In this document: piece after piece, positions 10,374-19,188 of the stretch
How the letters are laid out: every line of letters starts with the position of its first letter
Position numbering within the stretch: the first letter of the stretch is position 1
Origin: Fastidiosipila sp.
GTDB lineage: Bacteria; Bacillota; Clostridia; Saccharofermentanales; DTU023
Length of the DNA stretch: 64,000 nucleotides
NCBI GenBank assembly: GCA_012511175.1
Contig: JAAZGO010000010.1
Span: forward strand, 5,563 to 69,562
Direction: 5' to 3'
The notes under the pieces: generated by a model
What the model was told of the DNA's origin: nothing
The model's database searches: none
The model's input: the letters and a program-made list of their open reading frames with translations, nothing else
Made by a program: the position numbers and the translations under genes

Positions 10374-11120
10374 TCAGGCGACCAGCTTGCTGATGCCCCC
10401 GGCAATGGAAATAAGCCCGGCCACAAACTGGATCAGATAAACAAAGCTGGAGAATTTCTCATTGGGTATTCTGTGATGCAGCCAGTTGCCGATAAAGAAG
10501 GCGATGACCACGAGCGGCAGGGCGTAAGCGATGGTTGTCGCAAGTTCTGTCGTGTAGACATGCAGAACAAAAATCCGATAGAGGGTTGAAATGGTGTTGG
10601 TGACGATCCAGACCGCCACCATGGTCGCGCGGAAGGTTCCCTTGTCCTTCATGCGGCTCAGGGCATAGATATTGATAAGCGGCGCTCCCATGGAAAACAT
10701 GCCCTGCAAGACAGCGCCGATTCCAAGCGATACATACATTGCAGGTTTGGGCATTTCCCTGGATTCTTTTTTACGTACGATCCGCAGAATCTCCCGCCCG
10801 CTGACAAAGGCCACCAGGCTGCCAATGATCAGCCGCAATGCCCACTCAACGTAGCGCAGTTTGGCAAAAAGCAGGTAGCCGACCGGCATGATGGGGATGA
10901 TGCAGGCAAGGATGATCAGGAGCTCACGGCCATTGATCTTCTTGAACTGGGTCACCAGCATGATGGCCAGCATGAGGAGGCTGGTCGCGGTGAAGAGAGC
11001 CACTGAGACTTCAGCTCCCCAAAAAAGTGAAAGAATCGGCACGCCGATTGAAATTGAACCGAAACCCGCGATGGCTTCGATGATATTCATGAAAAGAACA
11101 AGGATTAAGTAAAATATCAT
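10374..11120 (-). CDS. TSUP-family (TauE/SafE-like) permease, tandem paralog 1
   Basis: The start is at the ATG at 11120 (MIFYLILVLFMNIIEAIAGFGSISIG). The 422-aa ORF's N-terminal extension overlaps paralog 2 in another frame and looks non-coding. Confidence 0.75.
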   Translation of the reverse strand: MIFYLILVLFMNIIEAIAGFGSISIGVPILSLFWGAEVSVALFTATSLLMLAIMLVTQFKKINGRELLIILACIIPIMPVGYLLFAKLRYVEWALRLIIGSLVAFVSGREILRIVRKKESREMPKPAMYVSLGIGAVLQGMFSMGAPLINIYALSRMKDKGTFRATMVAVWIVTNTISTLYRIFVLHVYTTELATTIAYALPLVVIAFFIGNWLHHRIPNEKFSSFVYLIQFVAGLISIAGGISKLVA

Positions 11121-11164
11121 GACGTTGCTCCTGAGCGATGCTTCCCAAAAGTATACGACATTAT

Positions 11165-11917
11165 TCAGGAAATTCCAGCGAGCAGCAGAACTCCTCCCAG
11201 AATGGAGAATAAACCGCTGATCAGTTGTACGCTGTATACGATGGTGACGAACTTCTCGGCGGGCACCTTGTAATGCAGCTTGTTGCCGAGAAGAAAACCA
11301 ATGATAACCAGGGGGAGTGCGTACAAAATCCAGGTCCAGGTTGATGCAGAATAGGCGCGGAGGAAGAAGATCCGGTAAACCATGGAAAAACTGATGGTCA
11401 TCACCCAGATGGCGGACATGGTCGCTCGGAAGACACTCTTGTCCTTGATCCGGGTCAGTGTGTAGACATTGATCAGGGGACCTCCCATGGAGAACATGGC
11501 CTCCACAATCGATCCCAGGGCAAGCGCTGTATAAACCGCCCAGCGTGGCAGGTCGGAGTCGTCTTTTTTTACCAGCCGCCGCCACAATTCGTGTCCGGCC
11601 ACCAGGGTCACCACCGCGCCCATGACCAGGCGGAGCAGCCATTCAAAGGGCCTGATTTGGCTGTAGAGGGCATAGCCGACGGGCAGGAAAGGAAGGATAC
11701 CGGCTGCGATGATCAGGAATTGGCGCCGGTCCATTTTCCTGATCTGTGTGACAAAGATAACCAGACAAAGGAAAAGTCCGGTGGTTGCCATCAGGTTGAC
11801 CGACAATTCCGTGCCGAGAACAAGTGAAAGGATGGGGATGCCGATCGAAGTGGATCCGAATCCGACAACCGTTTCGAGGATGAGCATGAAAAAAAGGATG
11901 ACAAAGAAATAGGTCAT
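11165..11917 (-). CDS. TSUP-family (TauE/SafE-like) permease, tandem paralog 2
   Basis: 250 aa, MTYFFVILFFMLILETVVGFGSTSIG. It is colinear with paralogs 1 and 3 (shared FSMGGPLINVY and RATM blocks). Confidence 0.8.
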   Translation of the reverse strand: MTYFFVILFFMLILETVVGFGSTSIGIPILSLVLGTELSVNLMATTGLFLCLVIFVTQIRKMDRRQFLIIAAGILPFLPVGYALYSQIRPFEWLLRLVMGAVVTLVAGHELWRRLVKKDDSDLPRWAVYTALALGSIVEAMFSMGGPLINVYTLTRIKDKSVFRATMSAIWVMTISFSMVYRIFFLRAYSASTWTWILYALPLVIIGFLLGNKLHYKVPAEKFVTIVYSVQLISGLFSILGGVLLLAGIS

Positions 11918-11947
11918 GGATCCTCTTGAACCTTGGTGCCTTCTTCC

Positions 11948-12691
11948 TTACATAAGCAGGTTGATGCCGCCGGCGATCGACAAAAGACCGCTGATAAGCT
12001 GAACGATGTAGACAAAATTGGCAAATTTCTCATTGGGGATCCTATGGTGCAGCTTGTTGCCGATAAAAAAGGCGATGAATACGAGGGGGATCGAGTAGAG
12101 TACGTTGGTCCAGATTTGACGCGTATAGGAGTGGAGCACGAACATCCGAAACATGAGTGAGATGGTATTGGTGATCAGCCAGACCATGACCATCGTCGCG
12201 CGGAACATGCTCTTGTCCCTGATCCGGGTCAGGACATAGACATTGATCAGCGCGCCTCCCATGGAGAACATGCCCTGAACTACGGCGCCGACACCAAAAG
12301 CGGAATAAACCAGCCATTGGGGCGGATCTCCGGCATCTTTTCGTATCATGCGCCGCCAGATTTCGCGGGAGGCAACAAAGGTGACAACCAGGCCCATGAT
12401 GAGGCGGAGGGCCCATTCCATGAGGCGAAGCTTGGCGAAGAGGAGATAGCCGATCGGCATGATGGGGATGACGGCGGCAAGAATGATAAGAAGCTCCCGC
12501 AGCTGCACTTTTTTGTACTGGGTGGCAGCGACAACCAGGCATAAGATCAAGCCGGCTGCGGAAAGGAGCGCGACTGATGCCTCCGTGCCGAGAGCCAGGG
12601 ACAGGATGGGGATGCCGATGGATGTCGATCCGAAACCCGTGATGGATTCGAGGATATGCATTAAAAAAAGGACAATAAAAAAATAAACCAC
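11948..12691 (-). CDS. TSUP-family (TauE/SafE-like) permease, tandem paralog 3
   Basis: The ORF is 11948-12730. By alignment with paralogs 1 and 2, the likely start is the GTG at 12689-12691, preceded by GGGGAAGGA (VVYFFIVLFLMHILESITGFGSTSIG). The ATG at 12730 is the alternative. Confidence 0.75.
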   Translation of the reverse strand: MVYFFIVLFLMHILESITGFGSTSIGIPILSLALGTEASVALLSAAGLILCLVVAATQYKKVQLRELLIILAAVIPIMPIGYLLFAKLRLMEWALRLIMGLVVTFVASREIWRRMIRKDAGDPPQWLVYSAFGVGAVVQGMFSMGGALINVYVLTRIRDKSMFRATMVMVWLITNTISLMFRMFVLHSYTRQIWTNVLYSIPLVFIAFFIGNKLHHRIPNEKFANFVYIVQLISGLLSIAGGINLLM

Positions 12692-12900
12692 AACCTGATT
12701 TTCCTTCCCCGCCAAATTATACAGCAGCAAACTGGAGAGGTGAGGTCAGACTGCTTTTGCCCAAGTGAGTCAGCTTGGCGTGTTGTCTGGCACAGTATGC
12801 CGGGACGGGTGAGTTTATTCTGTACAATACAAGTAGACAGGGTTGTCCGGGCAGAGTGAATTCTGTGCCGGACGCGATGAAAAAGCAAAGGAAAGAAGAT

Positions 12901-13656
12901 ATGGAAACGAAAGTAACCTTTATTTACGATTATAAAAGCATCGGACTGCCTGAAGAGATGACCGCAATCAGGCTCCCCGACATGGATGATTTTATTGAAA
13001 ACCAATGCCGGGGTCTGGCAGAGAAGCACAGCACCATTGAGCTGCCAAAGGGGCAGAGCCATCTGTTGACTGACGATATGGTCAAGAAAGAAGAGATCCC
13101 CGGGGTTGAAACAGTTGAACAATACCGCGAAATATTGAAGAAAGAAATCCCCGCGGCAGTGGTCTCGGAGCAGGTGCACGCCATTTTGATGAACTACCTC
13201 ATGCCTCAGCTGGTTGAGCGCAGTACCTTTGAGATCAATGATGAAGAGGCGACAAGGGAGAGCATGAAACGCCTCGAGGCCTTTGAAGCGAATGCCAAAG
13301 AGCGGGAACTGACCTTGGAGGAAGCTGGACAGAAAGATTTTGGCCTTCCCGCTATGGACGAGGGCCAGGTACGCCAATATGTCCTTTACCTGGGCCGGAC
13401 CAGCTTCCTTTTCAGGATTCTGGCACGTGAATACCTCCAGCGTCAGGGACAGATTTTCGATCTTGCTTCTTACTCCTCATACGTTAAGGAATTGACGGAA
13501 GTGTCGGGTATGCCGGAAGAGCAAGTCAGAGACCTGGTACCGGTCCATGTCTATATGGAAGAAGTCCCCGCCCTCACCATGCTGGATGAAATGTCCGCCT
13601 GGATTGCACAGCAGGTTAAACTGGAAAGTGAGAGTGAGCCCAAACCAAAAGACTAG
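12901..13656 (+). CDS. hypothetical protein (acidic, helical; weak resemblance to a trigger-factor C-terminal domain)
   Basis: The ORF is 12775-13656. The ATG at 12901 is preceded by AGGAAAGAAG. I recognise no firm domain. Confidence 0.4.
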   Translation: METKVTFIYDYKSIGLPEEMTAIRLPDMDDFIENQCRGLAEKHSTIELPKGQSHLLTDDMVKKEEIPGVETVEQYREILKKEIPAAVVSEQVHAILMNYLMPQLVERSTFEINDEEATRESMKRLEAFEANAKERELTLEEAGQKDFGLPAMDEGQVRQYVLYLGRTSFLFRILAREYLQRQGQIFDLASYSSYVKELTEVSGMPEEQVRDLVPVHVYMEEVPALTMLDEMSAWIAQQVKLESESEPKPKD

Positions 13657-13928
13657 CAGGGAACTTGACTGGCTGGCCCCGGTGGGCATGAAGAAAGCGT
13701 GATAAACTGAACGATATAAACGTAAGTGCGAACCTCTTTGACAGGAGAAACGTCTCTTTTGAAGAGATGAGACAGTGGGTGGAGTGCCCCCATTGTGGCG
13801 CAACCACCAGGCCGGATGAAGATGAAAACCGTGAATACTGCATGGGGATGACCGGCTGATCAGACAAAACGGCTGCTGGGCCGGTATTCTCCCATGTAAT
13901 CCGCTTGACGGTGAAGGGAGGACCAACC

Positions 13929-14726
13929 ATGATTTTGAAGACTTACGCGGTACCGCACCCGCCCATCATCCTGCCGGAAATCGGACGCGGGGAAGAGAAG
14001 AAGATTGCGAAAACGACTTCAGCCTTCCAGCGCATGGCGCGCGAAATTGCCGAGCTTCAGCCTGACACCCTTCTCATTTCTTCTCCACACGCACCCATGT
14101 TCTCTGACGGATTTTTTATCCTGGGAGGCGACCGGGAGTGGGGTGACCTCAGTGCGTTCGGTGTGCGGGGTGTACGCGAGGAGGCCGCCATTGACAAAAC
14201 CTTTGCCGATGAACTGCGGGGAGCCCTTCTCCGCCGTGCGCTCAGCGCGTCGGTTATGTCACTCGGCCGCAGGGGACTCGATCACGGCACCCTGATTCCG
14301 CTTCGTTTTATTCATCAGGAATACAGAGAATTTCGTCTGGTCCTGATCGGCCTGTCACTGCTGCCGGGGATGACGCACCGGGAAATCGGCCGGGCAGTAG
14401 CACAGGTTTCTGAAAAACTGGGGCGCAGGGCCGTCTATATTGCCAGCGGTGATCTGTCACATGTCTTGAAAGAAGATGGCCCCTACGGGTTCAAGCCGGA
14501 AGGCCCCCGCTTTGACGCAGAGATAGTCCGGATTTTCAATGAAGGGGATCTTGAAGGGCTCTTTGTCATGGATCCTCAAGTCCTGGAGCAAGCTGCCGAG
14601 TGTGGTCTTCGTTCCTTCCAGATGATGACCGGTACGTTGGACGGACGGCCCTATGAAGCCGAGCTCTACTCATACGAAGGTCCCTTTGGGGTCGGTTATG
14701 CCGTTGCATCCTTCACCCCCAACTGA
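13929..14726 (+). CDS. class III extradiol dioxygenase (LigB/Memo-fold) family protein, stand-alone version of the domain often fused N-terminally to AMMECR1
   Basis: The ATG at 13929 follows GAAGGGAGGA. MILKTYAVPHPPIILPEIGRGEE...SSPHAP...ASGDLSH is a typical LigB-type N-terminus with metal-ligand His residues. Confidence 0.6.
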   Translation: MILKTYAVPHPPIILPEIGRGEEKKIAKTTSAFQRMAREIAELQPDTLLISSPHAPMFSDGFFILGGDREWGDLSAFGVRGVREEAAIDKTFADELRGALLRRALSASVMSLGRRGLDHGTLIPLRFIHQEYREFRLVLIGLSLLPGMTHREIGRAVAQVSEKLGRRAVYIASGDLSHVLKEDGPYGFKPEGPRFDAEIVRIFNEGDLEGLFVMDPQVLEQAAECGLRSFQMMTGTLDGRPYEAELYSYEGPFGVGYAVASFTPN

Positions 14727-14736
14727 GGAGGCTGCC

Positions 14737-15258
14737 GTGACTTCAACAAATCCGTACACTGCGCTTGCCCGCGCGTCAATTGAATCCTATCTTCTGGAGA
14801 AGAGAATACTGAAAGTGCCGGAAGATACGCCACAGGAGCTGCTGAACAGACGTGCCGGTGCCTTTGTCACCCTCTATAAAGCCGGGTGTCTCCGGGGCTG
14901 TATCGGAACCATCGCACCAGTCAGGGAATCGCTTGCCCTGGAGATCATTTTTAATGCGGTGGCATCAGCCGCTGAAGATCCCCGCTTTCCTCCTGTCACC
15001 CGGGATGAACTGGAAGACTTGGTGATCAGTGTCGATGTGCTGGGCAAAGCCGAGCCGGTTGCGGGTGTGGACCAATTGGATCCGGCCCGTTATGGTGTCA
15101 TTGTCTCCGACCGTTACAGGCGGGGGCTTTTGCTTCCCCATCTCGATGGCATTGATACAGCGGAGGAGCAGGTGTCCATCGCCCTTCGGAAAGCGGGGAT
15201 TGGTTTTTCCGAGCCTTACCGCCTGGAACGCTTTGAGGTCGTTCGCCATGAAGAATGA
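14737..15258 (+). CDS. AMMECR1-domain protein (AmmeMemoRadiSam system protein A-like)
   Basis: The GTG at 14737 follows GAGGAGG and lies 10 nt after the upstream stop. The LRGCIGT motif is the conserved AMMECR1 core. Confidence 0.75.
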   Translation: MTSTNPYTALARASIESYLLEKRILKVPEDTPQELLNRRAGAFVTLYKAGCLRGCIGTIAPVRESLALEIIFNAVASAAEDPRFPPVTRDELEDLVISVDVLGKAEPVAGVDQLDPARYGVIVSDRYRRGLLLPHLDGIDTAEEQVSIALRKAGIGFSEPYRLERFEVVRHEE

Positions 15259-16093
15259 ACCTGACGATTCTGTCATTTGCAGGGTCTGTTGGCGCCATTG
15301 CCGCATCCGGGAAGGCGGACTTGGTTATTGCCGGGCGCGGACCGTTAAGGATGGTGTGGTCATTCCCGCGAATTACGGTCAGTTGACCAGCCTGGCCCTT
15401 GACCCCATTGAGAAGAAGCCGCTCTACTATTTTCACCCGGGCACTTACATTCTTTCTGCCGGCAGCTACGGCTGCAATATGGCCTGTCCTTTTTGCCAGA
15501 ATTATGAGATTGCCCGTGAGGCCGCGGCTGCACGGCGTACGGTGAGGGTCAGTCCGGAGGAACTGGTTGAAAAAGCGCTGGCTTACAGGGATCGCGGCAA
15601 CATTGGCATTGCCTTTACCTACAACGAACCTCTTGTCGGATACGAGTATGTTCGTGACACATCCATGCTTGCCAGGGAAGAGGGCCTTGAAACGGTCGTC
15701 GTCACCAACGGACAGATTGAGGAAGAGCCACTTCAGGAATTGCTTCCGTTCATTACAGCATGGAATATCGATCTGAAAGCTTTTACCGATGAAGGCTACC
15801 GGAAACTTGGCGGCCGCCTGGACGTTACGCTTCGGACCATCAGGCGGGTGTCGGAGGTGTCGCACCTTGAAGTAACCACTCTTGTCGTGCCTGGATTATC
15901 GAACGATGAGGAAGAGATGAGGAGAGAAGCAGCTTTTTTGGCTTCAATCGATCCCCGGATCCCGCTTCATCTGTCGCGCTACTTTCCCTGCTACCAGTAT
16001 GATGCACCCGCAACATCGAAGGAAACGCTGTACAGGCTCCGTGACGTCGCCAAAGAATCACTGGAGCGGGTCAACCTCGGCAATATCCATTAA
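15248..16093 (+). CDS. AmmeMemoRadiSam-system radical SAM enzyme
   Basis: The ATG at 15248 overlaps the AMMECR1 stop. An N-terminal Cys-rich segment (CRVCWRHCRIREGGLGYC) is followed by the radical-SAM CxxxCxxC motif (CNMACPFCQNYE). Confidence 0.8.
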   Translation: MKNEPDDSVICRVCWRHCRIREGGLGYCRARTVKDGVVIPANYGQLTSLALDPIEKKPLYYFHPGTYILSAGSYGCNMACPFCQNYEIAREAAAARRTVRVSPEELVEKALAYRDRGNIGIAFTYNEPLVGYEYVRDTSMLAREEGLETVVVTNGQIEEEPLQELLPFITAWNIDLKAFTDEGYRKLGGRLDVTLRTIRRVSEVSHLEVTTLVVPGLSNDEEEMRREAAFLASIDPRIPLHLSRYFPCYQYDAPATSKETLYRLRDVAKESLERVNLGNIH

Positions 16094-18033
16094 TCGAAAA
16101 CAGGCCTGTCTTCACCCAGTTCCCGCGGGTCAATGGAAACCATTTCAAAGATTTCAAGCGCCTGCTCAATGAGCTCGCGCAGACCCGGGACTCGTTCAGG
16201 ATCGACCGGCAGGGTGATTGCCGGCTGATCCCCGGAAGCCGCTGACCCGGGAGGCAGTTCCAGGCTGATATGAATCAGGCAGGGGGCCCCGGCGACCAGC
16301 CCGGCCAAAGCACGGTCATCTTGCTCCCTCAGGGATAAAGCGATGTAACGGGTCATATCCTGCATCAGGGATTCAAAGGGATAATAATCTTCCTCCCTGG
16401 CGGCAATCAACGGCTGGATCCATGTTTCTTTGTCTTCGGCGGATGCGTGGGGCGCAACCTCCAGGTTGAAGGCAACATGGAACTTGTCAGTTGCCGCATA
16501 ATCGCTCAGCTCGGCCATGAAAAAGCGGTCATTCTGTCTGAGCAGCTGCAGGTAGTCGGGATTGTTGGCATACAGGGGAAGGGTCAGCGACCGCTCACAG
16601 CTTCGCCCGTCTTTTGTTTCAAGGATCAGGTGTGTCTCAGGCAAATGGGGGTAATAGATCTCATTTCCGCCGTAGGGAAGGATGAAAGGATTTTTAAGCC
16701 GCACAAAATCACGTGACTGCCCCTTGCTGGACAGGGTGCGGGGCAGGTCGAGGCCAGGATTATCAGGCGAAAGGACCGAGCGGTAAATTTCGCCTATGAG
16801 GGCAAGATCCTGTTCTGCCGTCAATTCGAACAGAAAAGGCCTGCTTTCCTCGCGCCCAAAGGGTGAAAAATAAGCTCCTGAATAGTAAATTCCTGCCCGT
16901 TTCAAGTTGTCAGCTTCCGGCAGTCTGGTTGAAAAGCCGCCGGCACCCGTCATGACGATTGAAAGCCAGACGGCGTAAGGCAAGGCTGCCGCCAGTGCGG
17001 CAGCAACCAAGGACCGCCAGCGGATTTTGCCCTTGTTGCCGATCAGGTTGAAGACCCAAAGTGAAAGTGAGAAGCCAAGCCCCGTGCCGATTAGGAAGGG
17101 CACGGGAGAAAGGTTGACCGGCGTGAACTCGGAATCCGTCGTCCATACCCGCAGGTAGTGGGCCGCGTAGCCTCCCAGCAGGGACAGGGTGACCACGCCC
17201 ATCCATTGAATCAGCAGGAAGGGCCAATTGGCGGAGCCCCCGCCTGAGCGATAGCCTGCCTGTCTGGCGCGGAACAAAAAGAATGCAAGACAGGCCATGC
17301 CCAGAGTCATCAAGCCCAGGGGCAAGTGATGGTGCGCCAGCCCTCCTGTAAAAATGGCGGGAGAGAAAAGCTGAAATAATACGACCAGCCAGGAAGACGG
17401 TTCTTCCAGGGCCGTCACAAGCGGGTTGATGAAGCCCGGCAAAAACTGACTGGTGGCATCACTGAAAGAAAAAAGCATGAGCGGCCAGATGATGTTGAGC
17501 ATGACGAAGAAACCGACGGCGGTCAGGGTTTTTTCCGTGATCAGGTAACAGACCTCCAGAAGAAAAAAGAAATAGAAGATCCTGATGAGGAGGCCGGCAT
17601 AACTGATCCAAATATCAGCGGGAGAGGCAGTATAGGCATACCACCCGGGATCAGTGCGGGGCAGCAGCCTGGCGAGCATGGTATTCAAGCCCATGATGAC
17701 AAGCGAAGGCCCGGCCAGATGTACCAGGGCACTCAGGTTGAGCCAGGCGAAGAGTTTCGGCCGGTTTGAGGGCAGTGAAAAATAGAAATCCGTCCGATCC
17801 ATCCGGTGGATAAAGCCAAAGAATTGATGGACCAGGACCAGGCTCATGACAATGAGCACGAAGCCGTTAAAAAAATGAGTGGTAAAGGGCCAGAAGCCCC
17901 GTTCCGACAGCAGCGGAAGGGTGGTGAAGATGAAGAGGAAAATCAGAGGCAGGAACCAAAGTGCGGCTGGTTTCCTCCAGACCAGGGAAGCCGTCACTCG
18001 ATTCGCTTTCACTTGCAGGTCAAACATTTTCAT
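16090..18033 (-). CDS. large polytopic membrane protein (ABC-2-type permease-like N-terminal half plus ~270-aa non-membrane C-terminal domain)
   Basis: 647 aa. There are about 10 hydrophobic segments in the first ~370 aa and a hydrophilic tail. It is the last gene of the YtrA-ABC operon. Confidence 0.5.
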   Translation of the reverse strand: MKMFDLQVKANRVTASLVWRKPAALWFLPLIFLFIFTTLPLLSERGFWPFTTHFFNGFVLIVMSLVLVHQFFGFIHRMDRTDFYFSLPSNRPKLFAWLNLSALVHLAGPSLVIMGLNTMLARLLPRTDPGWYAYTASPADIWISYAGLLIRIFYFFFLLEVCYLITEKTLTAVGFFVMLNIIWPLMLFSFSDATSQFLPGFINPLVTALEEPSSWLVVLFQLFSPAIFTGGLAHHHLPLGLMTLGMACLAFFLFRARQAGYRSGGGSANWPFLLIQWMGVVTLSLLGGYAAHYLRVWTTDSEFTPVNLSPVPFLIGTGLGFSLSLWVFNLIGNKGKIRWRSLVAAALAAALPYAVWLSIVMTGAGGFSTRLPEADNLKRAGIYYSGAYFSPFGREESRPFLFELTAEQDLALIGEIYRSVLSPDNPGLDLPRTLSSKGQSRDFVRLKNPFILPYGGNEIYYPHLPETHLILETKDGRSCERSLTLPLYANNPDYLQLLRQNDRFFMAELSDYAATDKFHVAFNLEVAPHASAEDKETWIQPLIAAREEDYYPFESLMQDMTRYIALSLREQDDRALAGLVAGAPCLIHISLELPPGSAASGDQPAITLPVDPERVPGLRELIEQALEIFEMVSIDPRELGEDRPVFD

Positions 18034-18049
18034 TCGATTCCCGCTTTCT

Positions 18050-19165
18050 TTACCAGGGTGTGGCAGCAGGTGCCATACATAGGCAAACCAGGCCGGTCAT
18101 CAGGGCAAAGAACGTAAGTCCTCCCAGAATAGGAAGGATTTCTTTCGCGATCTTTGTTTTTCGCAGCTGCTTGCCGCTGACGACGGTGGACACGACCTGT
18201 CCCAGCAGGGCTCCCGCGACGAGGCCCATGTAAAAGACAGGTGAACGCAAAGTGCTTTGTTCTCCGGCAAACAGGCCATGGACGAAACTGCCGAGCAGGG
18301 TTCCCCCCAACAAGACAAAGAAGGGTTGCAGGACAGGGTACCATGGAAGCTGCCCGTTTCGAACGCCGGCGTATTCAGCGGGCCTTTTTTTGTAAAAAAA
18401 CCAGGCCATGATGCTCCAGAAAACAATCATGACCAGGGATTGCCAGGCTGAAACAGGGAGTAAGATGGGGATAAAGAGGCGGGCAGCTGGGGCCAGGAGC
18501 CAAAGAATGTCCGTTTCCAGATCGGTAAGCCGGTTGGTCATCCCCAGTATATGAAAGACAGAGGAGGCCCAGGCGAATTGAATACCCACGCAAGTGAGAA
18601 CGGCATCAAAGAGGGTGCCTGACAAGGCCAGGAAAACGAGGCTGAAGGCAAGCAGTTCCAGCGTTGCAGCGAAAAGTCTCAAATAGGCTGTCGAATAGGT
18701 GAAAAAATGTGCTATCTTCCCCCAGCCCGCGAAGACGGCAAAGGTCACTGCGGCGTTGACGGCAAAAATGAAGCAGAAGGCTGCCAGGAGCGCCAGTGCC
18801 CTGCCGAGAAACTGGCGGTTACTTCCCAAGGGCATGCTGGATTCCCTGTCGACCGCATTTTGAAGATAAAAGGTCCTAAATCCGGCACTGGCCAGCACAG
18901 CAACTGCCACAAGAGAGATCAGGGCCAGGAGTAAATGAAGCGGCCAGAGCACCTGATTAAGATTCTGCTCCCTGAAGACAGGCTCAAGGAAATTGTAAGA
19001 CGAAACCAGTGTCAGGTAGTTGTCCCTGCCGATGATAAGAAGCGCAATGGGCATGGCCAGTAAAAACAGGAATGAGAAGAGCAGCATCAGCGAACGCATC
19101 CGCTGGAAGGACTTGCCAAAAACCCAGCCAAGTCCCGGGGCGGTTTGAGTGATTGCCGTCATCAT
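18050..19165 (-). CDS. polytopic membrane protein, putative ABC-2-type permease component
   Basis: 371 aa and highly hydrophobic. The RBS is AAGGGGGAA. It lies directly downstream of the ABC ATPase. Confidence 0.5.
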   Translation of the reverse strand: MMTAITQTAPGLGWVFGKSFQRMRSLMLLFSFLFLLAMPIALLIIGRDNYLTLVSSYNFLEPVFREQNLNQVLWPLHLLLALISLVAVAVLASAGFRTFYLQNAVDRESSMPLGSNRQFLGRALALLAAFCFIFAVNAAVTFAVFAGWGKIAHFFTYSTAYLRLFAATLELLAFSLVFLALSGTLFDAVLTCVGIQFAWASSVFHILGMTNRLTDLETDILWLLAPAARLFIPILLPVSAWQSLVMIVFWSIMAWFFYKKRPAEYAGVRNGQLPWYPVLQPFFVLLGGTLLGSFVHGLFAGEQSTLRSPVFYMGLVAGALLGQVVSTVVSGKQLRKTKIAKEILPILGGLTFFALMTGLVCLCMAPAATPW

Positions 19166-19188
19166 GCCCTGATTCCCCCTTAAGCCCT

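Noticed and set aside
11121-11642. N-terminal 174-codon extension of the 422-aa ORF 10374-11642
   Set aside because: The extension overlaps TSUP paralog 2 in another frame and is Arg/Gly/Pro-rich. The paralog alignment places the real start at 11120.
12661-13377. 238-aa minus-strand ORF
   Set aside because: It overlaps both the TSUP paralog 3 start region and the plus-strand gene 12901-13656. It has no RBS or motif and is probably a shadow ORF.
13767-13859. 30-codon ORF MRQWVECPHCGATTRPDEDENREYCMGMTG just upstream of the radical-SAM trio (possible Zn-ribbon or precursor peptide)
   Set aside because: The nearest AGGAG is 19 nt from the ATG, there is only one CxxC, and the AmmeMemoRadiSam enzyme is not a known RiPP maturase. 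I cannot support it without conservation data.
14724-14739. TGA ending the LigB-like gene as a possible Sec or read-through codon fusing it to AMMECR1
   Set aside because: The AMMECR1 gene is in a different reading frame (14737 versus the 13929 frame), so read-through would not join them. A split gene or a 1-nt indel are the only options.
15098-15865. 255-aa minus-strand ORF
   Set aside because: It lies antisense to the radical SAM gene, which has an unambiguous CxxxCxxC motif. It is a shadow ORF.
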